Shown: positions 62,190 through 64,000 of the stretch, in pieces
How the letters are laid out: the number at the start of each line of letters is the position of its first letter
Numbering within the stretch: the stretch's first letter is position 1
Assembly (NCBI GenBank): GCA_030704615.1
Contig: CM060731.1
Location: 47,740,001-47,804,000, forward strand
Length of the DNA: 64,000 nucleotides
DNA from: Takakia lepidozioides
Lineage: Eukaryota; Plantae; Bryophyta
Direction: 5' to 3'
Made by a program: the position numbers and the translations under genes
Notes under the pieces: model-generated
The model's database searches: none
What the model saw: only the letters and a program-made list of their open reading frames with translations
What the model was told of the DNA's origin: nothing

Positions 62190-63203
62190 CGCAGCGAGTG
62201 CAAGCAGGCGTGGGATGGCAGGAGCGTCGGCAGCACATCAACATACAGCCAGTAGTAAGTGCGGGCCCCGGCAGGTGAGCTGTGGACTTAGCAAAGAACG
62301 AGTGCAAGGCTGAAAGCATGCGTGGGCCTGCGGGAAGGTGGAGTTGCGAGCAACTTCCTAAGTCTCTTCTAGGGTTTGCCCCCAACCACCCTAACCCCGT
62401 CCGTTGGATGTAACCAGGCCTGGGCCCTGGCATGCTGGATTTCCGCCACGTGGCAGCATTCAACGGCCATTTTCCGTTTTCTTAGAAGATAAGAACGGCT
62501 GGAATCCGTCCAGGCATGCCTACTAAGGCATATTTCCGGCATATTCTGATACGGAAAGGCAAAAATCCGTCCTAAAGCAAGGCACTCAGATGATTTCCTC
62601 TTAGGCCATTTTTTCTGTCGGTTCATTTTCCGGAGGTTTCATGTCATACCCGGAAATTCCAGGATGGCACTCGGCTGGCATGTAACTGGCTGCCGGTTCT
62701 CCCCGTTCGTTGATCATCTGCACAAGGACATCAGACTCATCAATTGTCTGGAACGACAGCATCCCGCCATGTTGGCAGCTCCACTAGCGCCCAACTATCT
62801 ATGGAGCAGGAAGAATCAGATAGGAATTGGAGGCATAAGAGAACCTCTAGAAAGGGCAAATCCAAAGCCCACCTCTCGTTTGAATCCTCTGGATGCAAAT
62901 CAATGAGCCTCTGCAGTCTTGTCTCGCTGCTATGGACCTACCCATCCTTAGTCTCCTGCAGCCTCTCTCAGATTTGGCCACGGGGCAGTGTCTCCTTTAT
63001 CATCCTTATGATTGTTTTTCCTGAGGTTATTTTCTCCTCAGTTTTATTAATAAAATTTGTCAGGGCTCCCCTGTTCAAAAAAAAAAAAAAAAAAGTTGTA
63101 GTCAAAAGAAAGGATGAAGAAAGCGTAAAGTGCAGTGTAATTAGTAGTTATCATCAGTTCTGAATTCGACGCTTGGTTTATTACTACATGCCACTAAATT
63201 AAT

Positions 63204-63502
63204 TAATATTTGACGCCTTGGGAAGGAAGGGTAAATTACTGGTCTCTCCATCCCCAAGGGTTACTGCCCTCCGCTTCGGAAGGGTGGACACGTGGACATC
63301 TTTGTGACACCAATAGGTGGATTGCTGTGACAACCAAGTTTTAGCACAGTGGTAATGGGCACATACCACTTGGGAAGTGGTTGTGGGATAAATCAACCAA
63401 TTGGTGTCACAAAGTTGCCCACCTTCCTATTGGAAGGTAGTAACCCTTCGGGGTGAAGAGCCACCATAATTTACCCTTCCTTCCGGAGGCGTCATATATT
63501 AT
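63204..63502. mobile_element. MITE / foldback element, ~300 bp, with long imperfect TIRs
   Basis: ATATTTGACGCCTTGGGAAGGAAGGGTAAATTA vs TAATTTACCCTTCCTTCCGGAGGCGTCATATAT; inverted similarity continues inward for ~120 bp (AAGGGTTACT, TTTGTGACACCAAT). Confidence 0.8.
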
Positions 63503-64000
63503 TATATAGAAATGGTGTGGCAATCATCATCCATCTATTATTTGGTAGTGTGATCGCTTAGAGCTCTTCCACGTAATCCATGGGTGTCTTGATAAAGCCA
63601 TCGTCAAGGACAGCAAGAATCTCACTGAATCTTACAGTCCACAGCCCAGGATCCAATTTCTACAACGCATTCCTTACGCATTTCCGGACAACTCAAATTC
63701 ACGTACCGCCTTGATTGGACTTTGCATTCATAGACAGGGCACGACTTGAATGGCGGCCATGGGATTCCCATGGGAGGAGTGCCCCAGATGTGCAACTCTT
63801 TGCGTTGGGGGTGCGGAAAATATGGTATTGAGGTAGCGCCATGCTCCTTTCACTCTCTTTTTGGGTGAGAGTTGTGCCATGTACATACTATAGGTGGCGT
63901 CAAAACATCTCATGGCTCTCTCTCTGCCAATTCGGAAGAGACGTTCACATGCATTTGCACTAACGTCATGAGCCATCAGAACAACTTTGAAAAAAGAGAG

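Larger units (their letters stand above)
52260..62712 (-). mobile_element. hAT DNA transposon, interrupted by an LTR retrotransposon
   Basis: 8-bp TSD ATCATCTG at 52252-52259 and 62713-62720; imperfect TIRs CAGCGTCCGGGAAA vs (reverse complement) CAACGAACGGGGAG; subterminal CCGG-rich motifs. Confidence 0.85.

Overview
Eukaryotic, intron-containing, transposon-rich DNA, most consistent with a land plant (GLOX, B3 and PPR-DYW sequences; a bryophyte or other early-diverging lineage is my inference). Main contents: (1) A decayed minus-strand Ty3/Gypsy retrotransposon (~517-19000) with polyprotein order gag-protease-C5 cytosine methyltransferase (DNMT3-like)-RT-RNaseH-integrase-PHD finger. (2) An 11.4-kb Mutator-like DNA transposon (4480-15843, 10-bp TSD TTCTCCAAGA) inserted into the ENV motif of that DNMT. 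It carries an apparently intact GCM-like/DDE/SWIM transposase and, divergently, a multi-exon cargo gene fusing a ParB/Srx-like domain to a beta-class amino (N6A/N4C-type) DNA methyltransferase-like domain, with palindrome arrays in its introns. (3) A second, diverged, left-truncated member of the same family (~42606-52180) with a 116-bp palindromic tandem array. (4) An intact 5-exon glyoxal oxidase gene (24411-28779, minus). (5) Fragments of RlmI-like, B3 and PPR-DYW genes. (6) A hAT element (52260-62712, 8-bp TSD) interrupted by a young full-length chromovirus LTR retrotransposon (55213-62189). The strongest candidate for an undescribed system is the ParB-methyltransferase-carrying Mutator family with its intronic palindromes, next to a DNMT+PHD Gypsy element. 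All domain calls are motif recognition by eye; no searches were run.
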